Positions 1 through 12,938 of a stretch of 64,000 nucleotides of DNA are shown here, one piece after another (position 1 is the first letter of the stretch; each line of letters starts with the position of its first letter). The notes below the pieces were generated by a model. It saw only the letters and a program-made list of their open reading frames with translations, did no database searches and was not told the DNA's origin. A program made the translations under genes and the position numbers. The stretch comes from Botryllus schlosseri (lineage: Eukaryota). Location of the stretch: the NCBI GenBank assembly GCA_051294905.1, contig CM119371.1:4466001-4530000 (forward strand). The letters are read 5' to 3'.

Positions 1-148
1 AAATGTCGCACTCTAGCACCATATAATTGCAAAAAACGGTTCCATACTTTACATATTGGCTTCATTTCAATTTTGAAAGTTCACCGGTCCGCCAGACATT
101 TTTGGAAATTTTAACGGGCCGCGAGGTGAAAAAGGTTGAGAACCACTG
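1..148. mobile_element. Right end of non-autonomous hAT element (family A), cut by the window edge
   Basis: Ends in AAAAGGTTGAGAACCACTG, the reverse complement of a CAGTGGTTCTCAACC-type TIR. Closely matches 19210-19348. It also shows the empty CTCTAGCA site that is occupied at 12175-19209. Confidence 0.85.
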
Positions 149-158
149 ATCTACACAC

Positions 159-345
159 AAACATCGCGTGCACCTCTTGCCCCACCACCCGATATTGCAG
201 TGGTCGTAAATATTTTCGCCCGAGGTGCCATATCGGCCCTATATTTTATATTGCAAGTCCCGAAGAGCCATGCGTATCAATCAGCTGCTACGTGACAATT
301 GAAAGTTCGTGACCTCATGGATCCACTTCATCGAAATCACTACAT
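159..345. repeat. ~187-bp direct repeat, copy 1 (copy 2 at ~1158-1344)
   Basis: Near-identical AACATCGCGTGCACC...GAAATCACTACATG at both positions. It contains TE-like termini related to 21870-21960 (inverted). Confidence 0.85.
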
Positions 346-518
346 GCGCCCTACCCCATATTACTAGGTCCGTAGTTTAGTCGAAGAGCAATACGGAGAA
401 GTTGTATAGGATACAGTGTAAACACTTTGCGCGATTAGCAAACGTTAATAAAAATATGGGGGACCGTGAAAGTGCCATATTGTGTAGCTTTATTTCCGGA
501 AATTAACGGCATTATTTC
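346..518. repeat. ~170-bp direct repeat, copy 1 (copy 2 at ~2003-2171)
   Basis: Near-identical CGCCCT...CATATTACTAGGTCCGTAG...GGCATTA at both positions. Confidence 0.85.
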
Positions 519-1607
519 CAAGCCGTCGCGATGGTTTCCTAAAAAATCATTGGATATTGCAAGCGGAACACACGTCATCTCTAACCTTTTCTACTACAAA
601 TGGAATCAAAAAGTCCATTACCAACGTGTAAGTGATGAGCACAAACATTTTCTTATGATACAACAAAGGGAATATAACCGACGAGATCTACAGCTGATAT
701 GAACATACTGTACGATATTGCAGGCCCAGTCAACATATTGATGTTCTGGAGCAAACAATTGCATGTTTACTGTGATAGCTAGGCCGATATAGTCATTAGT
801 CCATTTTAATTCGGATCTGGTACACCCCTGTACACCCCATGTAAGTGATAAACCCTTTTAATTTTTTTGCTACACCCTAGGCCGTAAGTTGTATGATACA
901 CCAGGTTAAAGAGCGCTGGCGTATTCGACATCTCGATGATATCATCAAACTCTAACAGTGTTCTAGAATCTAGGTTTACAGCTTTCATTGATATAATTAT
1001 TCGTTATTATGTTTTACAATATCTATTTTGCAGCAAAACTACAGAGACAATAAGCCGCATGTGTGGTGTCACAGTCTCCATTCTTAAGTGCGTGTATAGG
1101 CCACCATCGGAAGCATCTGGTCAGTGACGTCGTGAGTTGTTACGTCATCTAGACAAGAAACATCGCGTGCACCTCTTGCCCCACCACCCGATATTGCAGT
1201 GGTCGGAAATTTTTTCACCCGAGTAGCCATATTGGCCCTATATTTTATATTGCAAGTCCCGAAGAGCCATGCGTATCAATCAACTGCTACATGACAATTA
1301 AAAATTCGTGACCTCATGGATCCACTTAATCGAAATCACTACATGTGATTCGTTGTGTACATTTTCCATGTAATAACACGTAATAATCATGCTGGTTACC
1401 TTGTTAAGCAAGCGAAACCTGTACATGGATTTTTCACAAGATACAGCTTTTTAATTCTATTTCAATGAGAAGTATATGATACTTTCCGAAAACAATTAGC
1501 ATTTAGATTTTCAACAGATGTGGACACTGGACATCAGCAAAATTGTGAATCTATTATTGACACGCTTTTTTACAGTTACCGCGTCTTTTGGTGGTGCATG
1601 GTATTAC

Positions 1608-1775
1608 CCAGAGGTGGTCAAAGTAGTCAAGAAAGCTACTCAAGTAGAAGTAGAAGTAGCGACGAAAAAATCTACTCAAGTACGAGTAGAAGTATTTCTT
1701 CCATAAGCAACCTAAAACTAATTGAAGTAGAAGTAGAATTTACTGACTTTAAAAGCACTCAAGTAAGTAAGTAGT
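1608..1775 (+). repeat. Fragment of a non-autonomous element rich in CTACTCAAGTAGAAGTA motifs
   Basis: CAGAGGTGGTCAAAGTAG start followed by repeated AAGTAGAAGTA/TACTCAAGTA. Related pieces lie at ~36300-36550, 40320-40565 and 43650-45250. Confidence 0.55.
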
Positions 1776-4700
1776 TGTGAAAACGATCCTAATTCGTTCA
1801 CATGGATTGTAAAAAGGTGCAAATCAAGCTATGCGAAAGGTGACGAGCTAGATTCATATTGATGCATACCAGCAGGTATCCCATTTTCGATAGCATAAGC
1901 ATTTGTCCACATCATAGGATGAAAATGATAGTTTTATCATGGAAATGCGATAATTATCCTCTGTTTTCTCGAACGGTACGTTGTAGAAAATAGCTTGGTA
2001 TGGCGCCCTCCCCCATATTACTAGGTCCGTAGTTTAGTAGAAGAGCAATACGGAGAAGTTGTATAGGATACGGTGTAAACACTTTGAGCGATTAGTAAAC
2101 GTTTATAAAAATATGGGGGACAGTAAAAATGCCATATTGTGTAGCTTTATTTCCGGAAATTGAAGGCATTACTACATTTACTTTTATACTTCAACATGTA
2201 TTTTTTTCAGACAAAAGAACTGATAATATTAATTATAACTCTAAGTATATGATACTGGGAATTGAAAATAAAACATAAATACTACTTCTATAAGCGGAAC
2301 ACGTTTTTCATGCCTTCTGTCCAGAAATTTTCAAAGGCGGTATGCTAAAACAGCACTAAAATCAACAAAAAAGTCAGAGTCCACTTTTCCAGGTTAGGGC
2401 GTGTCATGGACATGCTAGATTAGTATTTCACTGATTCTGAAAATCTAAATATTGATTGACGTCTCAATTCTCGAAATATTCGGTGGTAACAAAACGTTGT
2501 GCGACACCCCTACATTTCAACGGCGGTTAAAAGCTAATACTCACCAATCAAGAGCGTGTATGTCGCTGCTTCTAATTTGAATTTATAATTGTGAATGTCT
2601 CTTCCAAGGCAGTTCATTTCTCGCCGCACATCACGAAGACAATGTGCATTTGAGATTTGTGTAGTCATACAGGAGACGACCTGTCTGCCATTCTCTTCGA
2701 TCAATAAACGTATCATGCAATCGAAGATTTTGAGGTGCTCGTTGTTGAGTGCATCGAATTTGCGAGTCAAATTGATTGCCGGTGCGACACCAGTTTAAAT
2801 TTGTGGAATTATGACAAAGGGTCTCCGATCCCTTAGCCCTGGATACGCCACAAAGACATGTTTTTGCTGCCACCAGAACACTTATTATGGCCATTATGGA
2901 AATTTACTAGCAAGTTGCTTCAATATTGATAGATTAGGTATACAATGTCAAAGAGACATATCTTATACCCAAAAGAGCCATATATTTGCGCGGACCATAG
3001 GTTCCCGACCACTGCGATATGGTCACGACTCACGAGCTGCCAATGCACGTCACAGTATATCGCTGTCGTACCCTTGGATATACCACGGGATGTGTCGTAC
3101 ACTTTGTCTGTTGCTATGTCGGTAATAACCTGTGTTGATTAGTTATCTGCAGTTTGACTGTCTTGGCGAGCGCTACGTCCTGTGCTTCTCCGGTGTAGGC
3201 TATTTGATATGTTATGTGTTGGATAACACGTATTATATTATGATAGTCCAATAGACATCTCGAACCGTGGAAAATGCATCCAGACTATAAATTACGGATA
3301 AACGGTTTGGTAGGAATCCAAAAGTACCAAACTACAAGGCATCTGCTGCTGAAGTTAACTTATCATTACAATTTATCAAACACCAGTAGCCATTCCTTTA
3401 CAGCGGTTGCGCAATGCGCATTTCAATTGTTCACAGCAATGGTTCTTGAATTATGGGTCGTGACTAAAAACAAGGTTCTCAAATAGTATAAATTTTGGTC
3501 ACCGTCTGAATTTTAAGCAAGAAAGAAATTTCCTCGCGTTTCACGCAATCTTCTTTGGATAGGTTGTATATATCATAAAATGTGCCAATCTTTGTATCAC
3601 ACATATTGGTCTGATGTTTAATACTCGGGCATGGTAGACAGGGGGAAAAAGAGCGGCCGTTGCTGTCGCTTCCTATAATTTTGTTGAATCGCATAGTTTG
3701 CATGAATAAATCGAACTGTATTGACAATTGTTAAAAAACGTTGTGTTCCTAATGTCCCTTGACGCTGTCATTGTAACGTCGCTGTCGCTGTAGTATAGCT
3801 CAAGTATAGGCACCGTTATGTCGACGACAAGGATACCCTACCTTTGTTTAGAGTCAACTGTCCGAAAACCGTGATATTCGTATTATACTGGTCTCCGCCT
3901 ACAACGCCCACCGTGCTGTTTATGAACGTCTGCTCGACGTGCTCCCCCTCAGCCAATGTCGCGAATCCTAACAGATACAACAAATTGCTCATTGAGTTTA
4001 CATGATAATTTTATATTGCATATTCACAGTGTGGGTCTACAAAATACATATGATAATAGTTCTTACTATTAAATATCAATCCAAACAGATGTACTCTAGT
4101 ATATTCACGATGTCGTAGAAAGTGTTATCGGCTTGTAGCATATTTCACAGCCTCAAGAATAATGAACACATGAACCAACAAAAATACTAATTTTCGTTTT
4201 TTTTTCATCGATCTAAATCGTATGGATCTATATCCGCCTTTTCTAATTCATCATATATGATTTCAATATTATGGCGATGTCGAGAGATCCAACTTGTATC
4301 TGGTTTGGGGGAGTTAGAAAGGATGTTTTTTCCAATGCTCGTTCATTTGGGGTTTCTCATCTTCACAGAGTATGACTCATTTATCATATTCGATGCACGG
4401 AGCGGTTGTATCAACAAAAAGAACATTTATATGACTATAAATATTAAAAGGACTAACCTGATGACCGATATAATGATGATGTAGGGTTTTCATCGTCAAC
4501 TTCAGATTGCACATTTTTACCTCCTTCAGCCATCTCAGGGGTTAGTGATATCGTATACAAATACAGCAACAGAAGGATACAAAGTATTGAAACACACAGG
4601 TACTTCTTCAGCAAACAGTGCCCATAATATTTATTCAACTAAATAAATAAACGCCATTCTGATAGGTCTTTATTGCGAGGAATATAATCTATTTACTATT

Positions 4701-4947
4701 CAAATATCTGACTTCTAAAACGTATATTACCAATCGCTAGTAAAATAAATTTGAAATTCATACTTTGTAAATGATAAGTGAAGTCCAATCTTCTAGCAAA
4801 TCAGGGTTGAATTTGATATTTCGAATGTAGGGACGTCCTAATTTATTTGCTCCAATTTTTGCTGTGGTTGCTGAAATATTTTCATCTGCCTCTATGCTTA
4901 TATAAAGTTCAAATTTAGTGGGGTTGATGGCTTTAGTTATTTTAGAC

Positions 4948-6731
4948 CAGGGGTTCTCAAAGGGTGGGCCATGGCCCACTGGTGGGCCACAGAGCATTTT
5001 GAGGTGGGCCACAGAGCTATTTAGAAAATTTCAGAATTAATGTAAGTTTAGTTATATTTCTGATGTTATTCGCTAAAAGTATATTTGTATTATCTAATTA
5101 TACGTAGGCTACATAGCTACAAAGCTTTTCATCCGACCCTGATTAAACGTAGTGGCACCTGGCTCGTATGAAGTCAGCATGTACAAATCAAAAACGTTAT
5201 GGTGGCTTTTTCTCAGGGTTGTAACCAAGTCACAAGGCTCCGAGTCACAAGTCAATCTCACTTATATATTTTTGACTCGAGTCAAGTCGAGTCATTTTCA
5301 ATTCCCACCGAGTCAAGTCCGAGTCCAAGTCAGCGAACAGAGGATCGAGTCCGAGTCATGGTATTATGACTCGAGTCCCAGTCCAAGTCATTGTGTTGAC
5401 TGCTCAGTTTCCAGTTAAAGTCTTCCTAAACCCACTTTTTTAACTCTGTTTAGTGATATTGAATGGTTCGCATTTATAATATATCAATTTTCCTCACTTT
5501 TAGCAGTTTCTGGTCGCATTTTCAAGCACCAGTACCAACAGGCGAAATCCCAATAGTGTGTTGGCTTCGAAATTACAATGAAATGTCGGTCTTGGCCGTC
5601 TGAATCTCGAGTCAATGACTTGCTTCGAGTCATGCGCAATGACTCGAGTCCAAGTCGAGTCAATACACAGATTGACTCGAGTCGAGTCGAGTCATTTCCG
5701 TATTTTGAGAAAATGACTCGAGTCGAGTCGAGTCATCTGAAAATCGTGACTCGAGTCTGACTCGAGTCGAGTCATGACTCGAGTCATTACAACCCTGCTT
5801 TTTCTACTGGCTATGACAACCTACGGCTGACAGCAACTAAAATAATTTTAAGCGTATAATAACTGGAAGATAATGCTGAAGTAATCAGCCGTTGAAAGGG
5901 GTATGCAATGAACTCGCAATGAAAGTGAAATCGATGTACAGATTTACTGTAGGCCTACTTCGGCTGGCCGTATTATTGTAAGCTAAAATAGCCATAATTG
6001 CAAATTATTAGCAACTACTGGCGAAGGTATACTGCACCACCCCAACGAATCTTAATGGATTGAGGATTTATCGGAGCGCATTAATCTTTGAAGTCGGTTT
6101 AAAATGTCCGGCCTGGAAATCATTGTACATAATGAAAGAGTCACAGGAATGGGTTGTATCATTGGATTGAATATTCTGACATTGCAACTTCAGTTGTTTT
6201 GGTACACGACATACAAAGTACATCATGCATATTGAAAAATCCTTCTTCACTTCTCTGTAGTACCCCATCCACCAATGAATTGTTCGATGCTGGCCCAGAA
6301 TGATTATAATATTCCCCACAATAGTATCACTTAAGTCCCAATCACACAGTGCGGGGATCTGATCATGTGTTTAGCGACGAGAATGGAGCAGCGGACGAAA
6401 ATAATCTACTTATGAGTTTTAGCTTATGATCTACCAGGGCCGTAACTACCGCACTCACACCCCCAATTGGGGAACTCTAAGGGGCCCAAGATTATGTCGT
6501 TGGTCGTCTGTAGGAGGAAATTTATTCAACTTGAAATTTTTTTTCGCACTTCGCGCGATTTCATATCTCGGGAGATCGAGATTTAAATATCATCAGTTAG
6601 AGAAATAAGCATATCGGCGCTGTCCATGACCACGCATTAAACAGGAATATGACTCTAAAATATCAGGTGGGCCACAGCACGTTTTTAAACCGGAAAATGG
6701 GCCACGGCCAAGAAAGGGCTGAGAACCCCTG
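4948..6731. mobile_element. Non-autonomous hAT element
   Basis: TIRs CAGGGGTTCTCA...TGAGAACCCCTG. Exact 8-bp TSD TTTTAGAC at 4940-4947 and 6732-6739. Confidence 0.92.
5214..5797. mobile_element. hAT MITE with palindromic GACTCGAGTC subterminal arrays, nested in 4948-6731
   Basis: TIRs CAGGGTTGTAA...TTACAACCCTG. Exact TSD CTTTTTCT at 5206-5213 and 5798-5805. Confidence 0.93.
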
Positions 6732-7454
6732 TTTTAGACCATAACACCAAAATGCCAACTGCCTACAGAGCATTGGAGGAACTGTCATCGGATCAACGCA
6801 AAAATCAATTTGAAAATCTGTAACCTAATTGTAGCGAACTGCGACAGGGGATTAAACAAAATTGAAAATAGGGAAACCTCGACGATTTGACGATATGCCT
6901 TTATAGACAATCTTTTAGATATCGATAAGCTATTAATATCGTAAAATCATGTTCACTTTGAAAGCCCACGAAATGACAGATATTGAGCGCACCATGTAGC
7001 CTGCATCCATGTAGCAGTTGTGAAACTTTCATGTGTAATCGAAACCGTCAACTGATGCAATTTTATGACGTGCCATCATGAGATACTTTACAAAGCTAAA
7101 TATGCCTACATTCCAATCGTTTGTAATTTTGAATCGATCAACAATTTCCAACTTCGATCTCTACCGAGTATCTATGGTATTATATGCTTTCAAGTCATGC
7201 ATACGACTCATGTGGTGGATGGAGTCGGGTTTTCATTGCAAACTACTACTGCATATTCTGAATATTATCCGACACACCTGAAAATGACATTGGATAAATC
7301 ATACGTAGGGTAACGATATTACATAGTTGATGATAAATGTTAGTAAATATGTAGCTTATGATAGACTATTTTCGGCCCTAAAACTAATTTTATCATGTAT
7401 TGGCAAAAATTAGTGGTAACAAGAGGATAGTAGTATAGATCGGTCGTGATGTGG

Positions 7455-7590
7455 CTGGGACTCTTATGGGCCGCTGGTGACCTGCCGCGAAACTCGTGTT
7501 GGTGACCCCACCCTTAAGACCCCCCTTCCGCTGGTGACCTGCCATGCGTTCTTATGGGATCTCTGGTGACCCCACCCTTCCAGGTATAGG
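7455..7590. repeat. Dispersed element built from short GGTGACCTGCC / GGTGACCCCACCCTT units; continues at ~8930-9110, related copy at ~20450-20725
   Basis: Recurring motifs with roughly 30-36-bp spacing and shared CTCTTATGGG and GGTATAGG words in all copies. Confidence 0.65.
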
Positions 7591-8929
7591 CAGGGTTGCC
7601 ATACCGTCCTTATTTCTAAGATTTGTCCTTATTTTGAAGGATCACGTCTTAGAAAACTCAACTGTCCTTATTTCTAAGAAATGTCCTTATTTTCGACTTG
7701 CGTCCTTATTTTGTCTTATTTTCAACCACTACAGATCTTCCATCGTTTTCCTCTGGTATCTGTGTTGAATGTTATGCTCTTGCGTCGACATTTTATGACA
7801 TCATAAGAGAAAGGAACTCTCGTGACGTACACACCACAAGATTTGACTTCCAAGTGATGAGATAGCTAGGCCAGTGAGTGGTGGTATAGCAGTTTCATCT
7901 GAACCAAGCTACCGCAGCGGACGTCATTTTAGCGGTAAACAGCAGTGCCAGATTCCTGCTGTTTGGTGTAAAGCAGAATAAGCTCAAGCTGCGAGGAAGG
8001 CAGCATTTATTGCGTAGTCAAAAAAGGCGCAGTGCAGTCGACACATTGGTTAAACAGTAGTAAAGCTATATAAATCATTGATAAATTTATCTAATTATAT
8101 TGTACTTGCCCATATAGTTTTATCTACTAATAAGGCTAAATCTGATAAGTTAAAATGAGCAGGCGTAAAAACGTTTTTCGTGACGATTACGAGATAGTAT
8201 TCAACGGTATCTAACGAAGCTTGAAGGACGAGTGGTTCGCACATTGCAATACCTGCAATTGTGACATTAACCTGGAGGCCACAAGAAAGACCGCTATTTC
8301 AACACACATTGGTACCCCAAAACACAAGAAGCCTGTCATAAGGATTAATTTGAGCCAGTCAATGAATAATTTTTCCACAAGTCGAACAGCACCAACGACC
8401 ACAGACTACAAGGCAGCTTCTGCAGAGGGTACCTGGGCTTTCCATACTGTCAAACACCAACAATCATTGCTCGCCAACGATTGCACATCACAATTGTTCA
8501 AAGCAATATTCCCCGATTCCAACATCGCAAATAAGTTTTCTACTGCCAGGACCAAGACTACAAGCATTGTTACTGGAATTCTTGCTCCATACGCTCAAAA
8601 AATGATTTTGTCCAAACTTGTTGTACGGCCTTTTCCCATCTTGGTTGACGCCTATAATCAAAACGAGGTGAAGAAGTTTGGTTTATCACTCTATGGAGGG
8701 GCAAGACCTACTTTTTTGGGGGGGGGGGCTGTTTCGGCCCTGAGTAAAGGTAAACCTAGACCTGAGCTGTCGTGATATCCATGAAGCACTTTCTAATAAC
8801 AAGGAGTTGCTGGAGCAGATTGTTTCTGGCAAAAAGTATGGAATGTGATGTGCCACGGCTCGTATAAATACGAAGTATGTACAAAAACACGTTTTCACGC
8901 TAATCTAATTTTTTCGACTCTCCTTATTG
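7591..8929 (+). mobile_element. Truncated hAT transposon
   Basis: Left TIR CAGGGTTGCCA with GTCCTTATTT subterminal repeats and an internal transposase remnant. The right TIR is missing. GGTATAGG flanks both sides. Confidence 0.75.
8155..8700 (+). pseudogene. hAT transposase N-terminal remnant with BED-like zinc finger
   Basis: ATG at 8155, in-frame TAA at 8212. Then AHCNTCNCDINLE...HIGTPKHKK, AEGTWAFHTVKHQQS and IFPDSNIANKFSTARTKTT, typical of hAT transposases. Confidence 0.85.
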
Positions 8930-9270
8930 GGTATAGGGCTCGCTGATGACCTGCCGTGAAAAATCGTGTTGGTGACTCCACCCTTTTCGAGTCCCTATCG
9001 CTGATGACCTGCCGTCTCGTCGGTGATACCACCCTTTCAGGTATATGTTGTGTCGATGACCTGCCTGATAACGTTACGGGTATAGGGATCTCTGGTGAAG
9101 TGGTGCTGAATATCAAGTATAGTAAACAGTGACGCCATTACTTAGCATGTATATTCAAAATTATTATGTATGACCGATTCGAGTTAATCCCAACGTTTAC
9201 GGTGATTGTGACATTAATATATCGTTAATCTTATGGACGCCGCGACACGGTAACGTAGCTGATATTGCGC

Positions 9271-9700
9271 ATGACTCGAGCCAAGTCATATGATTCGAGA
9301 CGCAGACGGCCAAGACCAACATTTCATTGTAATTTCGAAGAATAGAAAGTAAGCACACTATTGGGATTTCGTCTATTGGTACTGGTACTTCAAAATGCGA
9401 CCACAAACTGCTAAAAGTGATGAAGATTAGTATAATATAAATGCGAACCATTCGATATCACAAAACAGAGTTATAAAGGTGGGTTTAACAAAACATTAAC
9501 AATAAACTGAGCAGTGAACACAATGACTTGGACTCGACTCGAGTCATAATACCGTGACTTGGACTCGACCCTCATTTCGCTGACTTGGACTCGGACTTGA
9601 CTCGGAGGTGAATTGAAAATGACTCGACTTGACTCGAGTCAAAACTATAAAACTGAGAAGGACTTGTGACACGGTGTCTTGTGACTTTGTTACAACCCTG
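9271..9700 (-). mobile_element. Inverted, truncated copy of the GACTCGAGTC MITE family
   Basis: Reverse-complement match to 5214-5650, ending in TTACAACCCTG. A further partial copy starts at 23514. Confidence 0.85.
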
Positions 9701-12441
9701 ATAATTGCAGCAGCAGATAGAGTGACAATAAGACATTGGGTAATCGTGGTTTGTAACTGTGATTGATGACGACCATTACAGCATTTCGTGTAATCGTAAC
9801 CGCAAGTGATTACATTCCATAAAAATCGCAAGCCATCGTAATCGATTATTAAATATATGAAATCGATTTCTTTATAAAGGAACACCAACTTTTTACTTTT
9901 TCGAGAACTATTCAACATAAAATGCACATTACTAAACGAGAAAGAATACGTTGTAATAAGTTATAGATATTTTGTAAACTCTACTAGGCCTAGGCCTACT
10001 CATAATTACGTCACAAATAGTAGATAAGCACGTCTTTGCGTAACGAGTCATTCAAACGAAGTCGGTAAATAGTGGATGTAGTAGTATGATGTATATAACC
10101 TAACCACCGCCGAACCTTATGATTGGTTAGCGACAATAATACTAGCTGGCAGGCTGAGGATGATGATTACAAATCTGATTACAGTCACAAATAGTGATGT
10201 CTGATGCTTGATTAAAATGTCGTGCTCAGAGTTAAATACTGTTCTAATGTTGCTGTTAGTCGAATAATTACAGTCTACATTGGACAAGATTTACGATTTA
10301 CACTCCTGAAAAAAAGCATGCCAGATTCCGCATCAAAACATTAATTTGAGCTCGACGGTTGCTGGCATGAATTTTAACCGATCTGTTCTTTGCCGATGGT
10401 ACCGGCAGCTCGCAATAGGCCTATCTGTATTAGCTAGATTGTAGGCATCAGGCATCGTCTTAAACTTAAATTGTCTTCAAGTTTAGTACGTTTAGGCAAT
10501 TTCAATATCGTTTCACATAACAGATGGGAGGCCAGGAAATAACAATATTTAAAGAAGTAATTAGGCCAACGGGGCCGCCTAAATGTCTTTAAATATTATT
10601 AAGGGCTCGAAATATTCCAATGCTACTGCACTTGGGTCAGCTCTGCCTGTAATTTGACCACGTGGACTGAGAGGGGATGATAATTCTAGCAATATCTATA
10701 TGCAGTTGCCAATATTTATGATTGATTTATTCATGTATTAGGGGAAATTTTCGCACTTTATGCGATTAACCCAGATAGAGCAATCAGCCACTGTCACTGA
10801 GTATTAAAAATTTTGCTGAAAAACAATTTTGGTTCTTTTCCAACTAGTGGAAGCGAAGTTATTATAGTAGAAAATTTTGTAATCATTTAATTAAAATAAA
10901 TATAATTCTGTTTCAAATTTAACTGGCTATATCATGAAATTGTCTCGAAGCACAACCGATTTGTCTCAATTATAACCTAGTGCGAGCAAAGTTACTGGAG
11001 TTCAAAATTTAGGATTGGGAAAATTGTTTAATGTATAATCGTCATCTCCGCATGTACTTGACGCTATAATGAATTGATGCTATATTGCAGTGTCTCTCAA
11101 GCGCTGGTCGACGGACCGGTGCCGGTCCGCCAGGTATATTACAATTTTATACCTTCATTTCAAGATTCTATGTTGAAGGCATAAGTACAGAACAGATACG
11201 AGCTGACTCATCGTTAAACAGGGCAGTTTGTACAATCATTCGTTTTCGATTCATTCATTTTGTGCAGCACCGTAACTAGGACACCCCAAAACGCCCAATT
11301 AGAGAGTGGCTGAGCTTGAAAAGCGCCCAAAATTATTTTGAAAATGACCTTAAATCATATTGTATTTTTTGAAACTTTTTCAAACATTTTTCAATTTCTT
11401 TTCGCGCTTTACGCGATTTAGTGTCACTAAATGCCTTGCTTATAGGTGCCCTTTTTCGAGAAATACGCATGATTTATAGAAATAGGCATTTCGGCGTCAG
11501 TCATTACTGAGCCACGACGTACCAACACATACTAAAGTTTAGGCTAACATGTGAATCCGAAGGTTGTGCCAAAAATTCGGCAGCGATAAAACCGATTCGG
11601 TCATGAATGATCGACAATTTTCGCTATTGGCGCGATTAAGCTACATAAGCATACTTACAATGAGTAGAATGCATGTGCTGACAAGAACTGGTGAAAAAAT
11701 CCCCTCAACTGTGGGGTCTGGGGGCGAAGCCCCCCACAGTTTGGCTCATCGCCCTGTGGGGCCCAAGACCAACGTTTTTGGCGGTGGGCTGGAGAAGTCA
11801 TTTTTCGGTCCAGATTTGCGCATGGCTGGTATAGCTGCTGTAAGGGGTTTTCTTGCGACACGCACTGTAGTCGAAGTTGTCAGAGTAGCATGCGTCTAGT
11901 GCAGTGGGCAATACCCAAGGTAGCACGACAAGGTGCTTGGTTCTACTCTGAAATGCTTCTCTCGATTTTGTCAAAGACAATAATATTATTCGTGTTGGCG
12001 TGGTCGGTTATACCCACGGCTTTCGGCGTGAAAGACTATAGACGACTCTCGGCGGTAGCTCGTTTATGTAGACAAGGCAATTTTACCTCGACTCAGCTGA
12101 CTCACTACCATAAATCACATGAACATGATTCGATTATTTACGATAAAAACCCTCCAAATGTCATTACTCTAGCACAGAGGTCTCAAACACGGCATTTTGG
12201 AATTTCAAGTATTCAACAAAATACTCGAGTTCCAAATATCTTTTTTAGATATAAGAACTTAAAGTTCACGCTAAAACGACTGAAAAACCACTGAAATCTC
12301 AACATACTTGACTATCACGTCACTTTTGAAAGCTACCATGCGGTAGAAGATCAGCTATTACGTCACAGTTCGAGTTCATGATGATATAACTATAGATCAG
12401 TGGTTGCTTTCAATACAATATCCATTGTATAATAATATTTA

Positions 12442-12482
12442 TTAACTCGAAGACTTTTCGGGTGCCTCTTTTCAAGAGTTAA
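12442..12482 (-). ncRNA. Putative minimal type I hammerhead ribozyme (U3:A8 variant) in the Penelope pseudo-LTR
   Basis: Minus strand reads TTAACTC-TTGAAAA-GAGGCACCC-GAAA-AGTCT-TC-GAGTTAA: a 7-bp stem I, the core boxes and a UC cleavage site. Confidence 0.65.
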
Positions 12483-12938
12483 CGGCACACTAAAGGGATT
12501 TAAACAGATTTAAAAGCAAAACCAAAAAGGCAAAGTATGACGCAACAATCAAAATCACAGACCATGAAATTCGCATTGTACCAATGGCAACAATAACAAA
12601 CTATGAAGTATACGGACATACGGTACTAAAATAGCAACGATATTCGTAAATAAACAGTTACATACACGAAACACATGCACTAATGGGAATGACGATTACT
12701 ATGACGATTACCAAGCATATGCTTCGTCAATCGGTCAGCATTTGAGTGAAAACCTCGCCTGTGCACAGCACTATGATGACAATATGTTCACTGTCATGGC
12801 GCGTGGTAGGTCTTTGTTTCATCTAAAAGTGCTGGAGTCTACTATCATTCAGTTGAACAAACCTATTTAATGCAGACAAAAAGATTTCCTCTATAACCTA
12901 CAATTTTCCCATTAGTGCATGTGTTTCGTGTGTGTAAC

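Larger units (their letters stand above)
346..4533 (-). pseudogene. Degenerate multi-exon gene, tentatively NLR-like (RHIM-like motif, NB-ARC/STAND, TPR-like repeats)
   Basis: Phase-compatible AG/GT-bounded exons: 4533-4458 (MAEGGKNVQSEVDDENPTSSLYRSS), 3967-3842 (GFATLAEGEHVEQTFINSTVGVVGGDQYNTNITVFGQLTLNK) and 3672-3503 (...SKEDCVKREEISFLLKIQT, weak donor). These are followed by a frameshifted KEWLLVFD Walker-B-like motif (WLLVFD at 3392-3375), GT donors near 3030 and 2543, and TPR-like fragments (QLFAPEHQYV ~740; RLNYGPSNMGVG ~370). Stops and frameshifts occur throughout, and no Walker A is seen. Confidence 0.4.

Noticed and set aside
5214..5797. CRISPR-like array of palindromic GACTCGAGTC repeats
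   Set aside because: Spacing is irregular, there are no unique spacers or cas genes, and the block is bounded by hAT TIRs and an 8-bp TSD. These are subterminal repeats.
6068..6319. Captured gene fragment inside the 4948-6731 hAT element
   Set aside because: Two frames are partly open, but neither has identifiable homology or clear splice boundaries.
11564..12294. ORFs of 111 and 134 aa
   Set aside because: They lie inside hAT element A, one crosses the A/B junction, and they show no protein motif.
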